From: Utricularia gibba
Taxonomy: Eukaryota; Plantae; Magnoliophyta
DNA: 64,000 nt
Direction: 5' to 3'
Assembly: GCA_002189035.1 (NCBI GenBank)
Contig: NEEC01000011.1
Span: 682,001 to 746,000 of the forward strand
Shown: piece after piece, positions 12,003-23,767 of the stretch
Numbering within the stretch: the first letter of the stretch is position 1
Layout of the letters: every line of letters starts with the position of its first letter
The notes under the pieces: generated by a model
Seen by the model: the letters and a program-made list of their open reading frames with translations, nothing else
The model's database searches: none
Told to the model about the DNA's origin: nothing
Made by a program: the position numbers and the translations under genes

Positions 12003-13850
12003 CTAGAAATATAACCTCAATTTGGTGGCCGCCATCTTCAGAGCCAAGATGAATTTTTCTGTCATCGTATAGTGGGTTTCGGCTGGTAACAAAACTTTGC
12101 TCACATAATACACCGGCAAGTGATTATCTACCGAGATGGTTGTCAATACTGCGCTGACTGCAACGGGCAATATAGACAGATATAGTCCTAAGGGCACCCC
12201 TGCCTTCGAAGCCACAAGAAGCGGGGGTGATGAGAGATATTCTTGAGTTTCTTAAAAGCAATCCGGCAATCCTCATTCCATTCTAAAATGCTTCCCTTTC
12301 GCAAGACCTTGAAGAAGGATGCCGACTTATCGGCTAACCGAGATATGAAATTGCTGAGGGTAGCCAATTTACCTGTGAGGCTCTGGTACTCCTTGATTGT
12401 CCTGGGGGGTTGCATTTCGCATATTGCCTTAATCTTCTCGGGGTCAGCCTCGATTCCTCTCTCCGATACGTAATACCCAAGGAATTTTCCACTTTGCACC
12501 CCGAAGAAACATTTCAATGGGTTGAGCTTTAACGCATATGACTGACATAAAGAGAAACACGAGTCCAAATACGCTTAATGGTCTTCTTCATTCATAGATT
12601 TCACGATCATATCGTCCACATACACCTCCATTGAGGTACCGATTTCAGAAGAGAATTTTTTATTTACCAACCTCTGGTAAGACGCCCCAGCATTCTTCAG
12701 TCTGAAAGGCATTGCCACGTAGCAGTAAACCCCATCCTTAGTGTAGAAGGTGGTTTTCAGTTGGTTTTTCTCTACAACGAAAATTTGATGATACCCCGAA
12801 TAGGCATCCATGGTGCTCAGAAATTGGGATCCGGCAATGGCGTCCACTAGCTTGTAGATCTTTGGCAAAGGATAAGGGTCCCTTTCGCAGCAGGCGTTGA
12901 GGTCAGTGAAGTCAATGCACATCCTCCATTTTCCCCCGAGCTTCGGGACGACGACCGCGTTGGCTACCCATTCGGAGTACTGGATCTCCTTCACAAAACC
13001 AGCTTCCAAAAGCTCTCTTGTTTTATCTTTGATAATTCGGCACTTTTCCTCTGAGAAATGTCGTTGCTTCTGCCGAACCGGTTTTGCCCCCGGGTAGGTA
13101 TCAGTATGATGTTCGGCGACGGATCGATCAATGCCTAGAAAATCCGCAGCAGTCCAAGCAAAAATATCGGTGTTCTTCATCAAAAGTTCAACTAACCTTT
13201 TCTCAAATCCAGCGTCTAGATTGGCACCGATGCGGGTGACTTTCTGCGCATCTTCTGGTATTAGTTGCACTGACTTGTACCCTACTGGTTCCATTGCTTG
13301 TCTAGGGGGTTCCCGGGGTTCCTTTTCTACCATCATCACTCTCGACTTTTTCGCGCAGGGGTCCCGACAGGAAGATACATAACAGGACCGGGCGGTTGGT
13401 TGGTCGATACCCATCGTGCAAATGCCCTTCGATGTTTGGAATTTTATTTTCAAATGCACAGTGGAGGGTAACATACCAAATTGATTGATGCCGGGTCGCC
13501 CGAGGATGATGTTGTACGAGATCTCTGAATCTAGGATTAAGAATTCCAACCTCTCGGTTCGGTTCCGCCCTGCCGCTCCAAATGTTACGAGCAAGGTTAT
13601 TTTCCCGATAGTTTGCACGGCCCGCTGGTCGAATGCGTACAACTCCATGCGCACATGGTGAATATTTCCCTCGTTAGATGATGCCAGTAACTCGGCCACT
13701 TCCTTCTTCATGATGTTGCACGAGGATCCTTGATCGATAAGAATCCTCCTTACCTTGGTGCTCCCACATATTCTTGCACCACCAAAGGCTCATCTCTCGT
13801 GGCTGGGCCAACCGGGACGTCTCTGTCGAAGAAGTTGATCTCTTCCTTTT
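12003..13850 (-). pseudogene. Tat protease, reverse transcriptase and RNase H
   Basis: ILIDQGSS protease site near 13730; KWRMCIDFTDLN, MPFRLKNAGA and YVDDMIVKS in RT; LNPLKCFFGV. Split by stops and frameshifts. Confidence 0.92.
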
Positions 13851-13851
13851 C

Positions 13852-15477
13852 TCAAGAAGCTTTCTCAGTCAGACCATTTCCGATTTCGAAAACTTCTCCT
13901 CTTCTAGCTTCATCCAAATATCTCTTCCGTTCGTTTTCGGACAGATCCATCTCGGTTCCTCCGGATATTATATGGATTTCCCGAATATAGGGGGGACTAC
14001 CCTGCATTTGATGGGCACTCCGTGAACTTTCCGATATGTCTTGTCCTCCTCCAAGATTCGGTTCCCTGTTGGCTCGCGAGTTCGTCATCCCCAGTGTCGG
14101 AGGGAATTTCGGATATCGGTTCCCTTCGTTCCCCGTTCACTCGTTACGTCCTCTTTTCCGGTCCGTCATTGATGCGGGGTTCCGCATCGCGTTGTTCATC
14201 CCCCACCAGCATGATATTGCTCGATCATCCTCTTCATCAGTCGGCAATGGCCAGTATCATGCCCGGTGGTCTTCTTCTAGTTGGTTCCACCTGATATTCT
14301 TCACGGCGCTTATTCGGCATGGGCCCTCGGTTATGTTGGGTCTCTTGCTGTGGGACTGGACGAATCTCCACACGGCTTTTCATCTCGGCCCTGAGGACGT
14401 CGTCCACTCGGATGTACTTCATGATTTTCCTTAGCAATTCTCTGAGATTCTTTGGTGGGGACTTCGATAACTCTGTCCCAATTTCAACGTTCCTAAGGCA
14501 CGATTCATTATTTCCACCCTTTCTTTTAAATCCAATTGGACATCCTGCGCCATGCAGTTGAATCGATCGATGAATCTTCGCAAGCTCTCTTTTCATTGAT
14601 CGTACCGAATAGAGTATAGTGATGCCTTTGAAGGTGGAGCTTCAATGTTAACAGCGTATCGGGTAGTGAAGAGCAGTACTAACTCCCGATAAGATTCCGC
14701 GCTGCATGGTTCTAACTATTTAAACCAAGTCTTCGCTCCTTTCTGGAGCGAGCAAGCAAACAGCTTACACTTCATGGCCTCTGAATGTCGAATCGTGTAC
14801 ATCCTCATATCGAAGTCGGTTACATGCGATATGCGGTCCCCTTTTCCGTCATACGTGGGTAATCCGTCTGGGACTCGGAATCCTCTCTCGGGCTCTTCTC
14901 CGACTAAATCGTCTGAGAAAGGGTCAAAACGCAGCGTTGTGGTTCTAGCTGCTCCCTCAACTCCACTCTTCAAGGCCAAAGCAATTTTGGCCAAAACATC
15001 TCCTCTCCCAGTGGATTCGTTCTAATCGAAAACGTCCCTGAAGCCTCTATCCCCTCTTCTTCCTGTCAACATCCGCTTGTCGATAAATCTTTTCCTCTCG
15101 CGGATCTGGTCTACCTCTCTTTTCAACTCTTCTTCTCTTTCTTCCAAGATTATGCTAGTCATGTTTTCCCCACCGGTTCCTGGCTCATACGCGACTTGGT
15201 TGCACCTCTTTCTCCGCAACATCTCCTCCTCGGTTTCGGATTCAGTCTCCGTATTTGGGGGGTACTTCGGAATAAGAGGTTGCTTCCCTGTTCGTGGTGC
15301 GGTTTCAGGTGTTCTCTCTTGGGCGTTGGAGTTGAGACCTGAAGGTGCCCGGAGGTCGGTAAGGATTTCTGTTAGCAGGGCCTTCAGTTGCTCCCTGCTA
15401 GTGATCATAAGGCCGGGGTCTCGCGCGTCGGCACTTCCGTCATGAGCTGAGTCGGTGGCTGTGCTATTTTCTGCCAT
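13852..15477 (-). pseudogene. Tat gag
   Basis: ORF pieces 15022-15477, 14716-14994 (LPTYDGKGD...KCKLFACSLQKGAKTWF) and 14237-14596. Confidence 0.8.
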
Positions 15478-15533
15478 GACTCGTGATTAACAAGTGGCTC
15501 CTGTGGGTTTCTCAAATGGGACTGTGGAACATA

Positions 15534-15551
15534 GCCCCACGGTGGGCGCCA
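15534..15551 (-). promoter_or_regulatory. Primer binding site of the Tat element
   Basis: Minus strand TGGCGCCCACCGTGGGGC, 4 bp from the LTR end TAACA. Confidence 0.85.
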
Positions 15552-15555
15552 AATA

Positions 15556-15687
15556 TGTTATGGGTGAAATCGGTATCCGGTGAGAGGCTGATTTTAGGTG
15601 ATAGGCGCGGTCGGGAATGCCACACTTAGTCACGTTCTTCACGGTTGGTGCGATTAAAATAAGAGTGAGCAAGGATTTTTTACGTGG
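15556..15687 (-). mobile_element. Truncated 5' LTR of the Tat element (terminal 132 bp only)
   Basis: Matches 6500-6631 with 4 mismatches, then switches abruptly to Athila RT. Confidence 0.92.
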
Positions 15688-18600
15688 TCTAAGCATGACT
15701 CAAAATTTTCTCCATATACCGTAAAATCATCCATAAATATTTTAATAAAATCATCACCAAAATTAGAGAAAATACCGGTCATACACCTCTAAAATGTGGT
15801 TGGGGCGTTATACAATCCGAAAGGCATCCTCCTATAAGCATAAGTTCCAAATGGGCACGTGAAGGTTGTCTTGTCTTGATCCTGCCCTGAAAGAGGAACC
15901 TGATTATATCCAGAATATCCATCCAAAAAACAATAAAATGATTTTGTAGCCAATTTTTCAACCATCTGATCAATAAAGGGCAAATCATAATGGTCTTTGT
16001 CACTTCATTTAATTTTCGATAATCTATACAAACCCTCCATCCAATTTTCCACCCTTTGCGGAACAAGCTCGCCTTTCTCATTCTCCACCACAGTCATCCC
16101 TATCTTCTTGGGCACAACGTGAATGGGACTCACCCATTCACTATCTGTTATAGAGTAAATAATCCCTGCATCATGGAGTTTAACAATTTCCTTTCTTACC
16201 ACTTCCATCATGTTTGGGTTTAGACGTCTTTGAGGTTGATGAACTTGTTTTGCACCATCCTCTAGAAATATTCGGTGCATGCGTATGGATGGGCAGATCC
16301 CCTCAATGTCATCCAGCATCCAACCTATTGCCTTCTTGTTTCTTTTCAGTAACTCGAACAATTGTAACTCTTGGTGTGAGCTTAGACCAATGCAGATGAT
16401 TACAGGATTCCAGAACTCTGCATCAAGAAAAACATATTTTAAATGATTAGGCAATGGTTTCAATTCAGCTAACCTCTCTTCTAGAGTCTTAGCTTGCACC
16501 ACATTAATTGCTCGAATTTTTCTTCAGATTCAAATTTTGAAAATAAAGATTCTTTGTAAGCCTCTTCTTTTTCTTGAATGTCTTTCTTCAAGTGCTCCTC
16601 AATTAGTCCATCCATGACATCTACATCACAAATGCTCTCAAAATCACTGGATAATTCTTCACATCCTTCATGTCTTCATCAAAATAAAGCTCAATGGTTC
16701 CCATCTTCACGTTGATGATAGCATTTGAAGTGCTCAAGAATGGTCTCCCTAAAATAATGGTCGTGTCCTTTGATCCTCTAGTGGCCATGTTCACCACAAA
16801 AAAATCATTTGGGAACACCAAATGCTCAATTTTCACCAGAACATCGTTCACCAAGCCTTTGGGAGAAATCACTCTCCTATCTTTTAGCTCAATTTGCACA
16901 CCCGATGCTTGCAAAGGTCCCAACCTGAGTGCCCCATAAACAGAGTTCGACATGACATTTATAGAAGCTCCCAGGTCTGCCATAGCTCACCAGATGCACA
17001 ATTCTCCAATTTTCCATGGGATAAAAAATGTACTCGGATCCTTACGTTTCTCGGGTAGTTTCCAACTAAGAAGTTCTGAGAAGCTTTTACTCAATTTCAC
17101 CTTCCCCTTCTCTTTCAGCATGGGTTTAGACATGCATAGTTGCTTCAAATATTTGACACTCTTTGGTTACAAGACAATATACTCCAAGAGAGTTAAATTC
17201 AATTGAGTGTTTCCCAATGCTTTCAGCATATTTTCCTTTTCAGTTTGCTCTTCCTTCAACTCCAGTCTTCCTGGAAAAGCAGGCAGGGTCACCTTTACCG
17301 GGACAAGTTCTGGGAGTACCTCAACTTCATCCTCACTCTGCACAACAACTTTGTACTCCTCTGTCTCATTCTCCTTAGTCTCAATCTGGCCTAATTCTCA
17401 TACAGGCTTATCTTTTCTATTCCTAAGTGTCATGGCGCTGATGTTCGGCCCTCCACTGGAATTTGGGTTAGGCTTGGGTTGAGATGGTAAACTCCCTTTT
17501 TGTTTCAGGTCTCCAACCTCTACGGTCAATTGACTCACTTGGACCTCCAAATTTCGGATGGTTTGTTGATTTTCAGCTTGATTTTTGATTGATTGTGCCA
17601 TGAATGTCTTCAACATTTCTTCCAATGAATTTCCAGAATTTCCTCCAGCATTGCCTTGATTTGAGGCTTGAAATGGCTGCTGGTTCTATTGATTTTGCCT
17701 TCGAAATGGAGGCACCTAATAAGATCTTAGCTCCTTAAAATTTTGCTGCCCCATTGTTGAGCTCTCCCCTTTGTAACAATTTTCGTTGTTGCTCCAACGA
17801 AAGTTTGGATGATCCCTCCAGCCTGGATTGTAAGTATTTTAATAGGGATCATACTTCATCCTTTGCTGGGGTTCCAAATATCCCATAGACTTGACATGCT
17901 CTTCTTCAAATAAATCTGGGCACTTGTCCACTGCATGCCCTGTTCTATGACAGTTTCCGCATGACATGTTCTTGGCCTGGAATAAGAATAGCTCCTTCAT
18001 CATTTCAGACATAGCAGCAACATTTTTCTTGAGTTCAGCCAATGAAACCCTAGGCTTGTTCTGTACTTCATACACTCTCTTGTTTGAGGTTTGCTTCCTG
18101 ATAATATGTCTTGAATGCTCAGCCAATTCCTCAAGCAAGGAAAGAGCTTTGGTTGGTGTCTTCTTCCTTAAAAATCCTTCTGCCGCTGAATCTACCATGG
18201 TTCGGTCAGTGCATAACAATCCATCATAGAAGTATTTGACCAAGGCATTGGTCTGAAAACCATGGTGTAGGAAGGATCTCAAAAGATGATTAAATCTCTT
18301 CCAATATTCGTGCAATGATTCTCCACTCATTTGTTCAACATCACTAATTTCTTTTCTAATACCTTTCACCTTGGAAGCTGGAAAATATTTGCTCAATAAA
18401 ACTTTTTCATTCCAACCCAATCAGTAATGCTTCCAGGCCTTAATGAGTTGAACCACGTTTTGGCTTCTCCTTCCAAAGTAAATTGAAAGGCTCTCAAACA
18501 AATGGAATCTTCAGTCATTCTAGCTCCCTTGAATGATGTGCATACCACCGCTGTTACATTGTCTAGATGCTCATGGGGATTCTCTCCAATTTTTCCATAG

Positions 18601-18730
18601 AACTTGGGCAAAAAATTGATCATCGCCGATTTTAGCTCCTTTGCTCCAACATCTGAAAATCTGATGCATAAACCCCTGTAAATGTGATCAGTAGCATCTA
18701 ATTCATTCGAGGTTTTCTCAAGTTCAGCCA
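15688..18730 (-). pseudogene. Athila gag, protease and N-terminal RT
   Basis: gag LPKFYGKIGENPHEHL...LRAFQFTLEGEAKTWF; protease MADLGASINVM...IILGRPFLST; RT SEWVSPIHVVPKK, FLDGYSGYNQ, RRMPFGLYNAP. Confidence 0.92.
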
Positions 18731-18885
18731 TGCTGAAATCTCTATTGGTCTCGAGTGGGAGCTGATTCAATCTGCTTGCTTCCCTAACTTTAACCCTGTT
18801 CTTGATGATAACTCTAAAAGTGAGATTACCTGCATCACAAGAACGTAAATGCATCAACTGGAAACATAAAACAATTAAACACCGC

Positions 18886-18903
18886 TCCCCGGCAACAGCG
18901 AGA
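18886..18903 (-). promoter_or_regulatory. Athila primer binding site (tRNA-Asp type, degenerate)
   Basis: Minus strand TCTCGCTGTTGCCGGGGA versus the Athila consensus TGGCGCCGTTGCCGGGGA, next to the LTR end. Confidence 0.75.
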
Positions 18904-18906
18904 ATT

Positions 18907-20143
18907 TGATAAACGAATATTTTAGCATATCGTTGCAATACAAGAAAAATTCCGCATCAAATAAATTTATAGTCCCTCCTCTACACAAAATACAAATTTA
19001 GAAAACTTGTATAAGGGATGTCAGGGCCAATCACAAAGAGATTGTGCTTGCTAAGTGTTTTAGTAAATGCATAATTCGGGCTAACAGAAAGTCTTAGTCT
19101 AAGCTCGGACCAACAATGGTAAACAAGTGCGGTAAAGAAGATCAATAAACAATATCAGGTTTCAATGCGAAAGGTAACAAGTAATGGTTCTAACTCAGAA
19201 TAACACGAAGATACCTTAAGGATCTGTAGGTGATGTTATGCTAAACTTCCTAATTTAATTTACCATGTTCCTACACTCACAACTTCAAATAACCTAAGTC
19301 TATCCAAGTCTTTCATCATATTTTTGGCTAAGCTAGTCTCTCATATCATCATCAACATTGCACTTAGGTCTACCCGCATGCAAAGCATATAGAATTAGGT
19401 CTAACTGGTTTTATTGATTCTACCTCGGACTAACACCTACTGATCCCGTCTTGATTTGTTGGTCTATCTCTAAATCAAGCATCTAAGTTGTGAAGTTACT
19501 TATTCCCCTGCTTAGATCTACCCAAAGATTGATAGAAACAAGAGCTAAGGAACAAATATAAATTTCATTATTAACCCTAAGCACACACCACCATACTTCA
19601 CCTTAAGGCATTCCTAAGGCTTTAGCTACTCATACTTGGAAAATAAAACGTGATTTCTTTCAGATAATATGGCGAAAATGACAGAAACATTGTAAGCACG
19701 CCAGGTACAAAAACTCGAAATATTCAGAAAACGGAAAGAAAATAAAGATTGTTCTGTCGCCTGGTTACTACTGATCACAGCCCGGAACAGTAGCGCTGAA
19801 CTAGGCTCTGGTGCTGCTCTTGACGATGAGGGACTTCTTCTCCTCTTCTAGTTGGTATTTTTCGCATTGGGGGAGAAGCCCCTTATGTGCGTTCTGTGCT
19901 TGTTACGTGTCTCGCTGTTGTTTTTGCTCTCTCTCGTTTTTGAAAATAATATCTCCTCTCCTTCACTCCACTGCACTGTTCCTGACCGCAGCATTGTTCC
20001 CAACCTGAACTTGTAGACTGTAGGTAGCGGCAAAACAATCTTTATTTCCTTTTTAACATAAACACACAAAATTAACTTAAACACATATAAACATGAAAAA
20101 CCCCATTTTGTATTATAAAATTCAGTAAAAATGTGTGTCATCA
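18907..20143 (-). mobile_element. Athila 5' LTR with an internal deletion of about 140 bp
   Basis: TGATAAACG...GTGTCATCA. Homologous to 23768-25178 and the reverse complement of 28831-30222. Confidence 0.88.
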
Positions 20144-20519
20144 ATATATAAACTATGAAGAACATACATTAAAGCTATTTGTCAATATGGGCGAGGTTTA
20201 GTTTTTGACTTTGGAAATCTGAAAAGCTTTTGTCCCTCCAGAATGCGACCGATAGGAAGAGGGATTTTTTAAAATGGAATCAAGATTTTATTTGTTTGAT
20301 AAATAAGAGTTTATCTTTGGAAAACGCAACAATTGGAAGGTTTCAATCCATCTATATATGTCCAAAGATATAAATATCTAATTGATAGCTATCTTTTAAT
20401 TGAACGTTAATTCATTATTGTGTGTTACATAAGTATGTAAAGATGAAATTCATCATTATCAACCCCTAGACAGTACACACACTTAAAATAAACTAAAAGG
20501 TATTTTGCTAGTTGCTGTT

Positions 20520-21300
20520 AGAATTGACCCTAACAATGGTGTCTTTCGTTCGATTTTTGTGTTAGTAGTAAAACATAGAGTAATTGGATATGGTTCATTG
20601 AATTATTAGCTATTAATTGTGATATATTTGAAAAGAATTAGGATGTCTTTATAATAATGTATGATCGACGTAAGGCATTGTTGTTGGCATTGTGTATTGT
20701 GCTTCCAAATCTTCAAAATATATTTTTAAATTATTTTCTTCGATAGTGATGTAGCCTTCTTATAGTTGATATGTTACTGTTATTTTATTTTTTAGTATCA
20801 TTATGGTGTTAAGCATATCATCAATAACTGAGTGCAACAAGTTATTTAGATGATGTTGTGACAACCTACATTTGAAAGATTGCCCAAACATAGAATCAAT
20901 ATGAATTTAATGCATGGTTTGACAAACTCAAAAATTACATGAAGATATAGACTTACATGACAGCGATACCGTCACAATACTGGAGTAGAATTTTTTTTTC
21001 CTAGAAAAAACCGAGTATGATATATTTCTCACTAATCTTGCTGAGTCCATGAACAGTTCCCTTGTAGATTCTAAGTCATTGCCTTTGGTGAGCATGCTGT
21101 AAACTATTTTACACCTTTATAGCAATAGGTTAACATAAAGGCGTCATGATGGACACAAATGGGATTGTCGGATCTATGATCGGATAGTGAATATTTGGAG
21201 ATAGGATTGTCAAGATTCTATTGGTGCACAAGTTCAATAATGCACCCTTGATATATGGCGATGCAATAGTGGGATTGCCAATGGCAACTGTCAGATAAAA
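20520..21300 (+). pseudogene. MuDR/MULE transposase remnant
   Basis: YDIFLTNLAESMNSSLVDSKSLPL near 21015-21090 matches the MuDR RYNIMTTNIAESMNS...ELPI motif. SWIM-like cysteines near 21240-21295. Confidence 0.55.
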
Positions 21301-21899
21301 TCATTATTAGATATAATATTGACTTGTTTTTGTTTATATCATTGCTAATCATTACTTAATATATTTTCATAATTCCTTGTTGTCATGCTTGTGCAGTTCT
21401 CGGTTCACTTGCTAGATTAATCTTAATCATGGATTTAGTTTTGTATCATCTTAAAAATGCAAAAAGATCGAAAAAGTTATTAAAAATGGGTGTGAGTTTT
21501 TTATTCTAATATATCTCTTGTTATTATATCTTACATTATTAATAAGCTTTCATATGTTAATGAATAAAATTAGATCAAAGAGTTGGAATATGTTTACATA
21601 GATAATTATCTTAGATACAGATCAATATGGTCAAATAGATTTAATCTTATTTGTTTTAAAATGATATATTTAACTGTAAGATGGTTTATAAAATTTAAGA
21701 TATAAAACTGAAAAATCATAAAGATTGCCATCTAAAGTTATGTTATGGTTAAACATTGATAGCAGGCAAACAACCCGATTTAGGTCTGGTTAATGTGAAG
21801 AGCAGTAGAAATATTGTTTTACTAGAAGAAATTGATAGAGTTACAATGGTTGCAATGAATGTAGAATCAATTTATGTACTTGACATACTTCCTTGAAAT

Positions 21900-22375
21900 C
21901 CTTAAAGCACCTATGCTTTTTTATTGAAGTTCCAAGTGTTCGTTATATTACTTTCTATAATTTTATATCTTGCTGATTATTTTATGACAATCAAAATCTA
22001 TGAACTTTACCTCCACAAGCATCGACTCTTTGTAGTTGATCTCGAATGCCACTATATATATTATTTAAACTTGTAAATTAAATGCGCTTTCAATCACAAA
22101 ATGAATATTTCAATTTTTTGTGACATCAAGTAATTTCCGTTTCTTTAGAAAATGAGTACTATTCGTCTTATAGAAAAATAAGATTAGAATGATATTATTA
22201 GAGATTTCAAGAATTTGAAGAAACAAAGCGCTAACTTGTAATTTAATATTTTTTTATTATTGTAATTATGTATTTTGTATTTTTATGTAAAAATTTATTA
22301 TATACATTTTTTTGTTATATTTATATGTAATAATGATTCAGCCCATCTTGAAAAAAAGTTGAAGCTACGCCACTG
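21900..22375 (+). mobile_element. hAT transposon 3' end (dimerisation-domain tail and TIR)
   Basis: C-terminal DIIRDFKNLKKQSANL* near 22190-22240. Terminal AGCTACGCCACTG (reverse complement CAGTGGCG-type TIR) ends at 22375. Confidence 0.55.
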
Positions 22376-22413
22376 CATGTAAAAAACGTGCTCTACCAAC
22401 TGAGCATGGCACT
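22376..22413 (-). pseudogene. trnV: Plastid trnV-UAC 5' exon remnant
   Basis: Plus strand GTGCTCTACCAACTGAGC is the reverse complement of the D-arm GCTCAGTTGGTAGAGCAC. Confidence 0.65.
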
Positions 22414-22531
22414 TGGTAATTGTTCATGCTTGTAATGTCTATTTTATCATTGATGGATTATTATTGCTTAAAAGCAATATGATATTTATAATACATTGAT
22501 GGTAGGGGATCCCTTTTATTAAGATCTCTTT

Positions 22532-22604
22532 GTGTACATATTCTTGGTGGTTAGAGTACTGCTCCATACCGTGGGAGTCATTGGTTCAAATCCAATAGCA
22601 GGTA
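22532..22604 (+). pseudogene. trnM: Plastid trnM-CAU pseudogene
   Basis: GTGGTTAGAGTACTGCTCCATACCGTGGGAGTCATTGGTTCAAATCCAATAGCAGGTA matches plastid trnM-CAU. The 5' acceptor strand is degraded. Confidence 0.85.
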
Positions 22605-22787
22605 TAAATTATTAGATACCCAAGTGAATGGTATTTAATTAGTCTTTTTCCTACATTTCCTTTTTTTTTTATTGTTTTTGTATTTCATTGTCGATTTGTA
22701 TTTTAATTCAATTCCACTTGATTGAATCCAATCAAAACAGGCTTTGGGTTCGAAATTTAACTTTTTTTGATGACTCATGGATAATGA

Positions 22788-23085
22788 GTCAGGAAACCTT
22801 ATTGGTAGGTCATATTTTTGTCCTAACTCGTTGGAGATCAATATTTACATCAATTATTTGTTTGCTTCCTTCCCATTTTCTCAAATTAGCTTATGCAATC
22901 TCAAGAGTTATGAATAGCATCACCATTTTCATCATTATTTTCTTAAGCATTGATCTCGTGATTTCCTATTCTAGCAAAACCACCCATGAGAGCTATCGCT
23001 AACCATTGTTCCTTAAGTCATATTCTCAAAATATAATATCTATAGCTGCAGCAATAGGAGGATAGTTTGGTAATACGCCAATTGA
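22788..23085 (-). pseudogene. atpE: Plastid ATP synthase epsilon subunit fragment
   Basis: Minus strand IGVLPNYPPIAAAIDI...QWLAIALMGGFARIG...ANLRK-like...QII, with frameshifts. Lacks roughly the first 30 codons. Confidence 0.85.
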
Positions 23086-23767
23086 ATATATATTTAATTA
23101 TTAAAATATTAAAAAAAATTTACTTTTGATATTTGACCCTAAATTGAATTGGGGATGAGCCTCTTCTCCTCTTACGGGTGAAGGCAAACTAATGAGAGAT
23201 TGGGAGAAGTGATTCCCACACAACATAAAGGCATGAAGTTGCTCTTAAGGTATGGCTTTCGTGAATTTTTTTGCTTCAACTTGTTTTCGGGATGCCGCTA
23301 ATAACCAACAAACGACAAGAATATTCCTGATGCAGAGGCCAGCAAGAAAGCAGCATAAGTGCCGAGCCATTCCCCTTTTCTTTATAATACCAATCTTTGC
23401 ATTATTGCATTTGCTTCTTATTCACCCAGTTGCTATTGTTGATCTTTTGTGCAAAAAATCGGTTGGTTTGTGAATGATAGTTTTCCTTGACATCAGTGAT
23501 GCTGAACAATTCTGTTGAGCAAAACTGGAAAATCGGTTTTATTTGCTTCTTATTCACCTGGTTGCTATTGTTGAAATTTTCAATTGATAAATATGATAAT
23601 AAAAAACTGCCTATGTAGATTGTTTTGCTTAAGATGACTAAGTTGACATGCATGTTATGCAGTGGGTCCTGTTTTTTATCCTAACTTGGCGGTTGCACAG
23701 CTGGGTCAGTGGATAAAGTTTGAGCAAAACTGGAAAATACCCTTGAGCCAGGGTGGGTGGTTCCAAC

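Larger units (their letters stand above)
6500..15687 (-). mobile_element. Tat/Retand-type Ty3/gypsy retrotransposon, 5' LTR truncated
   Basis: LTR, PBS, gag-PR-RT-RH-aRH-INT order, long 3' region with antisense ORF, PPT and LTR. The two LTRs differ at 4 of 132 shared bases. Confidence 0.92.
22376..23085. other. Nuclear plastid DNA insertion (NUPT): trnV-UAC exon 1, trnM-CAU, atpE
   Basis: Three plastid loci in native plastome order and orientation (trnV minus, trnM plus, atpE minus), all degenerate. Confidence 0.88.

Noticed and set aside
10179-15477. Many stops despite only about 3% LTR divergence, which might suggest a pre-defective element mobilised in trans
   Set aside because: The estimate rests on 4 mismatches in 132 bp, and roughly ten disablements in 5 kb is compatible with post-insertion decay.
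1265-20143. A single intact Athila element with a nested Tat
   Set aside because: The outer flanks (CTGAC and ATATA) are not a TSD, the left LTR is chimeric, and about 2 kb of pol is deleted.
22532-22604. Functional tRNA-Met gene
   Set aside because: Acceptor and anticodon stems are disrupted and the context is a decayed NUPT.
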